Shown: in pieces, positions 1 through 12,984 of the stretch
Layout: each line of letters opens with the position of its first letter
Numbering within the stretch: the stretch's first letter is position 1
Assembly: GCA_964057225.1 (NCBI GenBank)
Contig: OZ059900.1
Location: 4,464,001-4,528,000 of the forward strand
Length of the DNA: 64,000 nt
Source of the DNA: Auanema rhodensis
Taxonomy: Eukaryota > Animalia > Nematoda
Direction: 5' to 3'
Made by a program: the position numbers and the translations under genes
The notes under the pieces: model-generated
What the model was told of the DNA's origin: nothing
What the model saw: only the letters and a program-made list of their open reading frames with translations
Database searches by the model: none

Positions 1-3000
1 AACCATGGAAACTTCATTAAATTTCACAGTATTCTTCTATCTTCAACGGTATCCGAGTTACAAATCAAGATCACTTTCTTTGGATACTTAGGTGGTATAG
101 CTACCTGTTCACAAAAAATTGGAAGTCCTGGTTACCATGCATCAAACCCATTAAGATTGTGTTTCTAGACTAATATGACCATGGGAAATTCATTTAAGTT
201 CACAGTATTCTTCCATCTTTAACGGTATCCGAGTTACAAATCAAGATCACTTTCTTTGGATACTTAGGTGGTATAGCTACCTGTTCACAAAAAATTGGAA
301 GTCTTGGTTACCATGCATCACATCCTTTGAGATAGTGTTTCTAGACTAATATGACCATGGGGACTTCATTAAAATTCACAGTATTCTTCCATCTTTAACG
401 GTATCCGAGTTACAAATCAAGATCACTTTCTTTGGATACTTAGGTGGTATAGCTACCTGTTCACAAAAAATTGGAAGTCCTGGTTACCATGCATCAAACC
501 CATTAAGATTGTGTTTCTAGACTAATATGACCATGAGAAATTAATTTAAGTTCACAGTATTCTTCTATCTTTAACGGTATCCGAGTTACAAATCAAGATC
601 ACTTTCTTTGGATACTTAGGTGGTATAGCTACCTGTTCACAAAAAATTGGAAGTCCTATTTACCCATGCATCAAACACAATACGATAGTGTTTCTAGACT
701 AATATGACCATGGGGAGTTCATTAAAATTAACAGTATTCTTTTATCTTTAACGGTATCCGAGTTACAAATCAAGATCACTCTCTTTGGATACTTAGGTGG
801 TATAGCTACCTGTTCACAAAAAATTGGAAGTCTTGGTTACCATGCATCAAATCCTTTAAGATAGTGTTTCTAGACTAATATAACCATGGAAACTTCATTA
901 AATTTCACAGTATTCTTCTATCTTCAACGGTATCCGAGTTACAAATCAAGATCACTTTCTTTGGATACTTAGGTGGTATAGCTACCTGTTCACAAAAAAT
1001 TGGAAGTCGTGGTTACCATGCATCAAACACAATAAGATAGTGTTTCTAGACTAATATAACCATGGGGACTTCATTAAAATTAACAGTATTCTTCTATCTT
1101 CAACGGTATCCGAGTTACAGATCAAGATCACTTTCTTTGGATACTTAGGTGATATAGCTACCTGTTCACAAAAAATTGGAAGTCCTATTTACCATGCATC
1201 AAACACAATACGATAGTGTTTCTAGACTAATATGACCATGGGGACTTCATTAAAATTAACAGTATTCTTTTATCTTTAACGGTATCCGAGTTACAAATCA
1301 AGATCACTTTCTTTGGATACTTAGGTGGTATAGCTACCTGTTCACAAAAAATTGGAAGTCTTGGTTACCATGCATCAAATCCTTTAAGATAGTGTTTCTA
1401 GACTAATATAACCATGGGGACTTCATTGAATTTCACAGTATTCTTCTATCTTCAACGGTATCCGAGTTACAAATCAAGATCACTTTCTTTGGATACTTAG
1501 GTGGTATAGCTACCTGTTCACAAAAAATTGGAAGTCCTGGTTACCATGCATCAAACCCATTAAGATTGTGTTTCTAGACTAATATGACCATGATGACTTC
1601 ATTAAATTTCACAGTATTCTTCTATCTTCAACGGTATCCGAGTTACAAATCAAGATCACTTTCTTTGGATACTTAGGTGGTATAGCTACCTGTTCACAAA
1701 AAATTGGAAGTCCTGGTTACCATGCATCAAACCCATTAAGATTGTGTTTCTAGACTAATATGACCATGGGAAATTCATTTAAGTTCACAGTATTCTTCCA
1801 TCTTTAACGGTATCCGAGTTACAAATCAAGATCACTTTCTTTGGATACTTAGGTGGTATAGCTACCTGTTCACAAAAAATTGGAAGTCTTGGTTACCATG
1901 CATCACATCCTTTGAGATAGTGTTTCTAGACTAATATGACCATGGGGACTTCATTAAAATCCACAGTATTCTTCCATCGTTAACGGTATCCGAGTTACAA
2001 ATCAAGATCACTTTCTTTGGATACTTAGGTGGTATAGCTACCTGTTCACAAAAAATTGGAAGTCCTGGTTACCATGCATCAAACCCATTAAGATTGTGTT
2101 TCTAGACTAATATGACCATGAGAAATTAATTTAAGTTCACAGTATTCTTCTATCTTTAACGGTATCCGAGTTACAAATCAAGATCACTTTCTTTGGATAC
2201 TTAGGTGGTATAGCTACCTGTTCACAAAAAATTGGAAGTCCTATTTACCCATGCATCAAACACAATACGATAGTGTTTCTAGACTAATATGACCATGGGG
2301 AGTTCATTAAAATTAACAGTATTCTTTTATCTTTAACGGTATCCGAGTTACAAATCAAGATCACTCTCTTTGGATACTTAGGTGGTATAGCTACCTGTTC
2401 ACAAAAAATTGGAAGTCTTGGTTACCATGCATCAAATCCTTTAAGATAGTGTTTCTAGACTAATATAACCATGGGGACTTCATTAAATTTCACAGTATTC
2501 TTCTATCTTCAATGGTATCCGAGTTACAAATCAAGATCACTTTCTTTGGATACTTAGGTGGTATAGCTACCTGTTCACAAAAAATTGGAAGTCCTATTTA
2601 CCCATGCATCAAACACAATACGATAGTGTTTCTAGACTAATATGACCATGGGGAGTTCATTAAAATTAACAGTATTCTTTTATCTTTAACGGTATCCGAG
2701 TTACAAATCAAGATCACTCTCTTTGGATACTTAGGTGGTATAGCTACCTGTTCACAAAAAAATGGAAGTCTTGGTTACCATGCATCAAATCCTTTAAGAT
2801 AGTGTTTCTAGACTAATATAACCATGGAGACTTCATTAAATTTCACAGTATTCTTCTATCTTCAACGGTATCCGAGTTACAAATCAAGATCACTTTCTTT
2901 GGATACTTAGGTGGTATAGCTACCTGTTCACAAAAAATTGGAAGTCTTGGTTACCATGCATCAAATCCTTTAAGATAGTGTTTCTAGACTAATATAACCA

Positions 3001-6000
3001 TGGAGACTTCATTAAATTTCACAGTATTCTTCTATCTTCAACGGTATCCGAGTTACAAATCAAGATCACTTTCTTTGGATACTTAGGTGGTATAGCTACC
3101 TGTTCACAAAAAATTGGAAGTCTTGGTTACCATGCATCAAATCCTTTAAGATAGTGTGTCTAGACTAATATAACCATGGGGACTTCATTAAATTTCACAG
3201 TATTCTTCTATCTTCAACGGTATCCGAGTTACAAATCAAGATCACTTTCTTTGGATACTTAGGTGGTATAGCTACCTGTTCACAAAAAATTGGAAGTCCT
3301 GGTTACCATGCATCAAACCCATTAAGATTGTGTTTCTAAACTAATATGACCATGATGACTTCATTAAATTTCACAGTATTCTTCTATCTTCAACGGTATC
3401 CGAGTTACAAATCAAGATCACTTTCTTTGGATACTTAGGTGGTATAGCTACCTGTTCACAAAAAATTGGAAGTCCTGGTTACCATGCATCAAACCCATTA
3501 AGATTGTGTTTCTAGACTAATATGACCATGATGACTTCATTAAATTTCACAGTATTCTTCTATCTTCAACGGTATCCGAGTTACAAATCAAGATCACTTT
3601 CTTTGGATACTTAGGTGGTATAGCTACCTGTTCACAAAAAATTGGAAGTCCTATTTACCATGCATCAAACACAATACGATAGTGTTTCTAGACTAAAATG
3701 ACCATGGGGATTTCATTAAAATTAACAGTATTCTTTTATCTTTAACGGTATCCGAGTTACAAATCAAGATCACTTTCTTTGGATACTTAGGTGGTATAGC
3801 TACCTGTTCACAAAAAATTGGAAGTCTTGGTTACCATGCATCAAACCCATTAAGATTGTGTTTCTAGACTAATATGACCATGATGACTTCATTAAATTTC
3901 ACAGTATTCTTCTATCTTCAACGGTATCCGAGTTACAAATCAAGATCACTTTCTTTGGATACTTAGGTGGTATAGCTACCTGTTCACAAAAAATTGGAAG
4001 TCCTATTTACCATGCATCAAATCCTTTAAGATAGTGTTTCTAGACTAATATAACCATGGAAACTTCATTAAATTTCACAGTATTCTTCTATCTTCAACGG
4101 TATCCGAGTTACAAATCAAGATCACTTTCTTTGGATACTTAGGTGGTATAGCTACCTGTTCACAAAAAATTGGAAGTCTTGGTTACCATGCATCAAACAC
4201 AATACGATAGTGTTTCTAGACTAATATAACCATGGGGACTTCATTAAAATTAACAGTATTCTTCTATCTTCAACGGTATCCGAGTTACAAATCAAGATCA
4301 CTTTCTTTGGATACTTAGGTGGTATAGCTACCTGTTCACAAAAAATTGGAAGTCCTGGTTACCATGCATCAAACCCATTAAGATTGTGTTTCTAGACTAA
4401 TATGACCATGGGAAATTCATTTAAGTTCACAGTATTCTTCCATCTTTAACGGTATCCGAGTTACAAATCAAGATCACTTTCTTTGGATACTTAGGTGGTA
4501 TAGCTACCTGTTCACAAAAAATTGGAAGTCTTGGTTACCATGCATCACATCCTTTGAGATAGTGTTTCTAGACTAATATGACCATGGGGACTTCATTAAA
4601 ATTCACAGTATTCTTCCATCTTTAACGGTATCCGAGTTACAAATCAAGATCACTTTCTTTGGATACTTAGGTGGTATAGCTACCTGTTCACAAAAAATTG
4701 GAAGTCCTGGTTACCATGCATCAAACCCATTAAGATTGTGTTTCTAGACTAATATGACCATGAGAAATTAATTTAAGTTCACAGTATTCTTCTATCTTTA
4801 ACGGTATCCGAGTTACAAATCAAGATCACTTTCTTTGGATACTTAGGTGGTATAGCTACCTGTTCACAAAAAATTGGAAGTCCTATTTACCCATGCATCA
4901 AACACAATACGATAGTGTTTCTAGACTAATATGACCATGGGGAGTTCATTAAAATTAACAGTATTCTTTTATCTTTAACGGTATCCGAGTTACAAATCAA
5001 GATCACTCTCTTTGGATACTTAGGTGGTATAGCTACCTGTTCACAAAAAATTGGAAGTCTTGGTTACCATGCATCAAATCCTTTAAGATAGTGTTTCTAG
5101 ACTAATATAACCATGGAAACTTCATTAAATTTCACAGTATTCTTCTATCTTCAACGGTATCCGAGTTACAAATCAAGATCACTTTCTTTGGATACTTAGG
5201 TGGTATAGCTACCTGTTCACAAAAAATTGGAAGTCCTGGTTACCATGCATCAAACCCATTAAGATTGTGTTTCTAGACTAATATGACCATGGGAAATTCA
5301 TTTAAGTTCACAGTATTCTTCCATCTTTAACGGTATCCGAGTTACAAATCAAGATCACTTTCTTTGGATACTTAGGTGGTATAGCTACCTGTTCACAAAA
5401 AATTGGAAGTCTTGGTTACCATGCATCACATCCTTTGAGATAGTGTTTCTAGACTAATATGACCATGGGGACTTCATTAAAATTCACAGTATTCTTCCAT
5501 CTTTAACGGTATCCGAGTTACAAATCAAGATCACTTTCTTTGGATACTTAGGTGGTATAGCTACCTGTTCACAAAAAATTGGAAGTCCTGGTTACCATGC
5601 ATCAAACCCATTAAGATTGTGTTTCTAGACTAATATGACCATGAGAAATTAATTTAAGTTCACAGTATTCTTCTATCTTTAACGGTATCCGAGTTACAAA
5701 TCAAGATCACTTTCTTTGGATACTTAGGTGGTATAGCTACCTGTTCACAAAAAATTGGAAGTCCTATTTACCCATGCATCAAACACAATACGATAGTGTT
5801 TCTAGACTAATATGACCATGGGGAGTTCATTAAAATTAACAGTATTCTTTTATCTTTAACGGTATCCGAGTTACAAATCAAGATCACTCTCTTTGGATAC
5901 TTAGGTGGTATAGCTACCTGTTCACAAAAAATTGGAAGTCTTGGTTACCATGCATCAAATCCTTTAAGATAGTGTTTCTAGACTAATATAACCATGGAAA

Positions 6001-8054
6001 CTTCATTAAATTTCACAGTATTCTTCTATCTTCAACGGTATCCGAGTTACAAATCAAGATCACTTTCTTTGGATACTTAGGTGGTATAGCTACCTGTTCA
6101 CAAAAAATTGGAAGTCGTGGTTACCATGCATCAAACACAATAAGATAGTGTTTCTAGACTAATATAACCATGGGGACTTCATTAAAATTAACAGTATTCT
6201 TCTATCTTCAACGGTATCCGAGTTACAGATCAAGATCACTTTCTTTGGATACTTAGGTGATATAGCTACCTGTTCACAAAAAATTGGAAGTCCTATTTAC
6301 CATGCATCAAACACAATACGATAGTGTTTCTAGACTAATATGACCATGGGGACTTCATTAAAATTAACAGTATTCTTTTATCTTTAACGGTATCCGAGTT
6401 ACAAATCAAGATCACTTTCTTTGGATACTTAGGTGGTATAGCTACCTGTTCACAAAAAATTGGAAGTCTTGGTTACCATGCATCAAATCCTTTAAGATAG
6501 TGTTTCTAGACTAATATAACCATGGGGACTTCATTGAATTTCACAGTATTCTTCTATCTTCAACGGTATCCGAGTTACAAATCAAGATCACTTTCTTTGG
6601 ATACTTAGGTGGTATAGCTACCTGTTCACAAAAAATTGGAAGTCCTGGTTACCATGCATCAAACCCATTAAGATTGTGTTTCTAGACTAATATGACCATG
6701 ATGACTTCATTAAATTTCACAGTATTCTTCTATCTTCAACGGTATCCGAGTTACAAATCAAGATCACTTTCTTTGGATACTTAGGTGGTATAGCTACCTG
6801 TTCACAAAAAATTGGAAGTCCTGGTTACCATGCATCAAACCCATTAAGATTGTGTTTCTAGACTAATATGACCATGGGAAATTCATTTAAGTTCACAGTA
6901 TTCTTCCATCTTTAACGGTATCCGAGTTACAAATCAAGATCACTTTCTTTGGATACTTAGGTGGTATAGCTACCTGTTCACAAAAAATTGGAAGTCTTGG
7001 TTACCATGCATCACATCCTTTGAGATAGTGTTTCTAGACTAATATGACCATGGGGACTTCATTAAAATCCACAGTATTCTTCCATCGTTAACGGTATCCG
7101 AGTTACAAATCAAGATCACTTTCTTTGGATACTTAGGTGGTATAGCTACCTGTTCACAAAAAATTGGAAGTCCTGGTTACCATGCATCAAACCCATTAAG
7201 ATTGTGTTTCTAGACTAATATGACCATGAGAAATTAATTTAAGTTCACAGTATTCTTCTATCTTTAACGGTATCCGAGTTACAAATCAAGATCACTTTCT
7301 TTGGATACTTAGGTGGTATAGCTACCTGTTCACAAAAAATTGGAAGTCCTATTTACCCATGCATCAAACACAATACGATAGTGTTTCTAGACTAATATGA
7401 CCATGGGGAGTTCATTAAAATTAACAGTATTCTTTTATCTTTAACGGTATCCGAGTTACAAATCAAGATCACTCTCTTTGGATACTTAGGTGGTATAGCT
7501 ACCTGTTCACAAAAAATTGGAAGTCTTGGTTACCATGCATCAAATCCTTTAAGATAGTGTTTCTAGACTAATATAACCATGGGGACTTCATTAAATTTCA
7601 CAGTATTCTTCTATCTTCAATGGTATCCGAGTTACAAATCAAGATCACTTTCTTTGGATACTTAGGTGGTATAGCTACCTGTTCACAAAAAATTGGAAGT
7701 CCTATTTACCCATGCATCAAACACAATACGATAGTGTTTCTAGACTAATATGACCATGGGGAGTTCATTAAAATTAACAGTATTCTTTTATCTTTAACGG
7801 TATCCGAGTTACAAATCAAGATCACTCTCTTTGGATACTTAGGTGGTATAGCTACCTGTTCACAAAAAAATGGAAGTCTTGGTTACCATGCATCAAATCC
7901 TTTAAGATAGTGTTTCTAGACTAATATAACCATGGAGACTTCATTAAATTTCACAGTATTCTTCTATCTTCAACGGTATCCGAGTTACAAATCAAGATCA
8001 CTTTCTTTGGATACTTAGGTGGTATAGCTACCTGTTCACAAAAAATTGGAAGTC
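1..8054 (+). repeat. Higher-order duplication with 5108-bp offset (29 monomers); 1 to about 2946 matches 5109 to about 8054
   Basis: Rare variants pair at a constant offset of 5108: catcgttaac 1979/7087, tcaatgg 2513/7621, aaaaaaatgg about 2762/7870. Confidence 0.88.
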
Positions 8055-8317
8055 GTGGTTACCATGCATCAAACACAATAAGATAGTGTTTCTAGACTAA
8101 TATAACCATGGGGACTTCATTAAAATTAACAGTATTCTTCTATCTTCAACGGTATCCGAGTTACAGATCAAGATCACTTTCTTTGGATACTTAGGTGATA
8201 TAGCTACCTGTTCACAAAAAATTGGAAGTCCTATTTACCATGCATCAAACACAATACGATAGTGTTTCTAGACTAATATGACCATGGGGACTTCATTAAA
8301 ATTAACAGTATTCTTTT

Positions 8318-11300
8318 ATCTTTAACGGTATCCGAGTTACAAATCAAGATCACTTTCTTTGGATACTTAGGTGGTATAGCTACCTGTTCACAAAAAATTG
8401 GAAGTCTTGGTTACCATGCATCAAATCCTTTAAGATAGTGTTTCTAGACTAATATAACCATGGGGACTTCATTGAATTTCACAGTATTCTTCTATCTTCA
8501 ACGGTATCCGAGTTACAAATCAAGATCACTTTCTTTGGATACTTAGGTGGTATAGCTACCTGTTCACAAAAAATTGGAAGTCCTGGTTACCATGCATCAA
8601 ACCCATTAAGATTGTGTTTCTAGACTAATATGACCATGATGACTTCATTAAATTTCACAGTATTCTTCTATCTTCAACGGTATCCGAGTTACAAATCAAG
8701 ATCACTTTCTTTGGATACTTAGGTGGTATAGCTACCTGTTCACAAAAAATTGGAAGTCCTGGTTACCATGCATCAAACCCATTAAGATTGTGTTTCTAGA
8801 CTGATATGACCATGGGAAATTCATTTAAGTTCACAGTATTCTTCCATCTTTAACGGTATCCGAGTTACAAATCAAGATCACTTTCTTTGGATACTTAGGT
8901 GGTATAGCTACCTGTTCACAAAAAATTGGAAGTCTTGGTTACCATGCATCACATCCTTTGAGATAGTGTTTCTAGACTAATATGACCATGGGGACTTCAT
9001 TAAAATCCACAGTATTCTTCCATCTTTAACGGTATCCGAGTTACAAATCAAGATCACTTTCTTTGGATACTTAGGTGGTATAGCTACCTGTTCACAAAAA
9101 ATTGGAAGTCCTGGTTACCATGCATCAAACCCATTAAGATTGTGTTTCTAGACTAATATGACCATGAGAAATTAATTTAAGTTCACAGTATTCTTCTATC
9201 TTTAACGGTATCCGAGTTACAAATCAAGATCACTTTCTTTGGATACTTAGGTGGTATAGCTACCTGTTCACAAAAAATTGGAAGTCCTATTTACCCATGC
9301 ATCAAACACAATACGATAGTGTTTCTAGACTAATATGACCATGGGGAGTTCATTAAAATTAACAGTATTCTTTTATCTTTAACGGTATCCGAGTTACAAA
9401 TCAAGATCACTCTCTTTGGATACTTAGGTGGTATAGCTACCTGTTCACAAAAAATTGGAAGTCTTGGTTACCATGCATCAAATCCTTTAAGATAGTGTTT
9501 CTAGACTAATATAACCATGGAGACTTCATTAAATTTCACAGTATTCTTCTATCTTCAACGGTATCCGAGTTACAAATCAAGATCACTTTCTTTGGATACT
9601 TAGGTGGTATAGCTACCTGTTCACAAAAAATTGGAAGTCGTGGTTACCATGCATCAAACACAATAAGATAGTGTTTCTAGACTAATATAACCATGGGGAC
9701 TTCATTAAAATTAACAGTATTCTTCTATCTTCAACGGTATCCGAGTTACAGATCAAGATCACTTTCTTTGGATACTTAGGTGATATAGCTACCTGTTCAC
9801 AAAAAATTGGAAGTCCTATTTACCATGCATCAAACACAATACGATAGTGTTTCTAGACTAATATGACCATGGGGACTTCATTAAAATTAACAGTATTCTT
9901 TTATCTTTAACGGTATCCGAGTTACAAATCAAGATCACTTTCTTTGGATACTTAGGTGATATAGCTGCCTGTTCACAAAAAATTGGAAGTCCTATTTACC
10001 ATGCATCAAACACAATACGATAGTGTTTCTAGACTAATATGACCATGGGGACTTCATTAAAATTAACAGTATTCTTTCATCTTTAACGGTATCCGAGTTA
10101 CAAATCAAGATCACTTTCTTTGGATACTTAGGTGGTATAGCTACCTGTTCACAAAAAATTGGAAGTCCTGGTTACCATGCATCAAACCCATTAAGATTGT
10201 GTTTCGAGACCAATATGACCATGGGAAATTCATTAAAATTCACAGTATTCTTCCATCTTTAACGGTATCCGAGTTACAGATCAAGATCACTTTCTTTGGA
10301 TACTTAGGTGATATAGCTACCTGTTCACAAAAAATTGGAAGTCCTATTTACCATGCATCAAACACAATACGATAGTGTTTCTAGACTAATATGACCATGG
10401 GGACTTCATTAAAATTAACAGTATTCTTTTATCTTTAACGGTATCCGAGTTACAAATCAATATCACTTTCTTTGGATACTTAGGTGATATAGCTACCTGT
10501 TCACAAAAAATTGGAAGTCCTATTTACCATGCATCAAACACAATACGATAGTGTTTCTAGACTAATATGACCATGGGGACTTCATTAAAATTAACAGTAT
10601 TCTTTCATCTTTAACGGTATCCGAGTTACAAATCAAGATCACTTTCTTTGGATACTTAGGTGGTATAGCTACCTGTTCACAAAAAATTGGAAGTCTTGGT
10701 TACCATGCATCAAATCCTTTAAGATAGTGTTTCTAGACTAATATAACCATGGGGACTTCATTGAATTTCACAGTATTCTTCTATCTTCAACGGTATCCGA
10801 GTTACAAATCAAGATCACTTTCTTTGGATACTTAGGTGGTATAGCTACCTGTTCACAAAAAATTGGAAGTCCTGGTTACCATGCATCAAACCCATTAAGA
10901 TTGTGTTTCTAGACTAATATGACCATGATGACTTCATTAAATTTCACAGTATTCTTCTATCTTCAACGGTATCCGAGTTACAAATCAAGATCACTTTCTT
11001 TGGATACTTAGGTGGTATAGCTACCTGTTCACAAAAAATTGGAAGTCCTGGTTACCATGCATCAAACCCATTAAGATTGTGTTTCTAGACTGATATGACC
11101 ATGGGAAATTCATTTAAGTTCACAGTATTCTTCCATCTTTAACGGTATCCGAGTTACAAATCAAGATCACTTTCTTTGGATACTTAGGTGGTATAGCTAC
11201 CTGTTCACAAAAAATTGGAAGTCTTGGTTACCATGCATCACATCCTTTGAGATAGTGTTTCTAGACTAATATGACCATGGGGACTTCATTAAAATCCACA

Positions 11301-12984
11301 GTATTCTTCCATCTTTAACGGTATCCGAGTTACAAATCAAGATCACTTTCTTTGGATACTTAGGTGGTATAGCTACCTGTTCACAAAAAATTGGAAGTCC
11401 TGGTTACCATGCATCAAACCCATTAAGATTGTGTTTCTAGACTAATATGACCATGAGAAATTAATTTAAGTTCACAGTATTCTTCTATCTTTAACGGTAT
11501 CCGAGTTACAAATCAAGATCACTTTCTTTGGATACTTAGGTGGTATAGCTACCTGTTCACAAAAAATTGGAAGTCCTATTTACCCATGCATCAAACACAA
11601 TACGATAGTGTTTCTAGACTAATATGACCATGGGGAGTTCATTAAAATTAACAGTATTCTTTTATCTTTAACGGTATCCGAGTTACAAATCAAGATCACT
11701 CTCTTTGGATACTTAGGTGGTATAGCTACCTGTTCACAAAAAATTGGAAGTCTTGGTTACCATGCATCAAATCCTTTAAGATAGTGTTTCTAGACTAATA
11801 TAACCATGGAGACTTCATTAAATTTCACAGTATTCTTCTATCTTCAACGGTATCCGAGTTACAAATCAAGATCACTTTCTTTGGATACTTAGGTGGTATA
11901 GCTACCTGTTCACAAAAAATTGGAAGTCGTGGTTACCATGCATCAAACACAATAAGATAGTGTTTCTAGACTAATATAACCATGGGGACTTCATTAAAAT
12001 TAACAGTATTCTTCTATCTTCAACGGTATCCGAGTTACAGATCAAGATCACTTTCTTTGGATACTTAGGTGATATAGCTACCTGTTCACAAAAAATTGGA
12101 AGTCCTATTTACCATGCATCAAACACAATACGATAGTGTTTCTAGACTAATATGACCATGGGGACTTCATTAAAATTAACAGTATTCTTTTATCTTTAAC
12201 GGTATCCGAGTTACAAATCAAGATCACTTTCTTTGGATACTTAGGTGATATAGCTGCCTGTTCACAAAAAATTGGAAGTCCTATTTACCATGCATCAAAC
12301 ACAATACGATAGTGTTTCTAGACTAATATGACCATGGGGACTTCATTAAAATTAACAGTATTCTTTCATCTTTAACGGTATCCGAGTTACAAATCAAGAT
12401 CACTTTCTTTGGATACTTAGGTGGTATAGCTACCTGTTCACAAAAAATTGGAAGTCCTGGTTACCATGCATCAAACCCATTAAGATTGTGTTTCGAGACC
12501 AATATGACCATGGGAAATTCATTAAAATTCACAGTATTCTTCCATCTTTAACGGTATCCGAGTTACAGATCAAGATCACTTTCTTTGGATACTTAGGTGA
12601 TATAGCTACCTGTTCACAAAAAATTGGAAGTCCTATTTACCATGCATCAAACACAATACGATAGTGTTTCTAGACTAATATGACCATGGGGACTTCATTA
12701 AAATTAACAGTATTCTTTTATCTTTAACGGTATCCGAGTTACAAATCAAGATCACTTTCTTTGGATACTTAGGTGATATAGCTACCTGTTCACAAAAAAT
12801 TGGAAGTCCTATTTACCATGCATCAAACACAATACGATAGTGTTTCTAGACTAATATGACCATGGGGACTTCATTAAAATTAACAGTATTCTTTCATCTT
12901 TAACGGTATCCGAGTTACAAATCAAGATCACTTTCTTTGGATACTTAGGTGGTATAGCTACCTGTTCACAAAAAATTGGAAGTC
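8318..12984 (+). repeat. Tandem duplication of a 13-monomer unit (2289 bp)
   Basis: Private variants at offset 2289: gactgata 8803/11092, agctgcct 9967/12256, ttcgagaccaat 10206/12495. Confidence 0.9.

Noticed and set aside
40-60. CENP-B box around the two core CpGs (aacggtatccgag)
   Set aside because: It does not match the TTCG....A..CGGG pattern on either strand.
79-96. Assignment to Brassica CentBr (also 176 bp) or another named satellite such as CEN178 or alpha satellite
   Set aside because: Beyond length and a short tttggatac...gtggt resemblance from memory, I cannot align the monomer to any family I know. A BLAST or satellite database search is needed.
2511-2516. CpG decay as evidence of methylation (aatgg variants; aacagt at 61261)
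   Set aside because: There are only about two independent events and the neighbouring ccgag CpG appears intact, which is too little to infer methylation.
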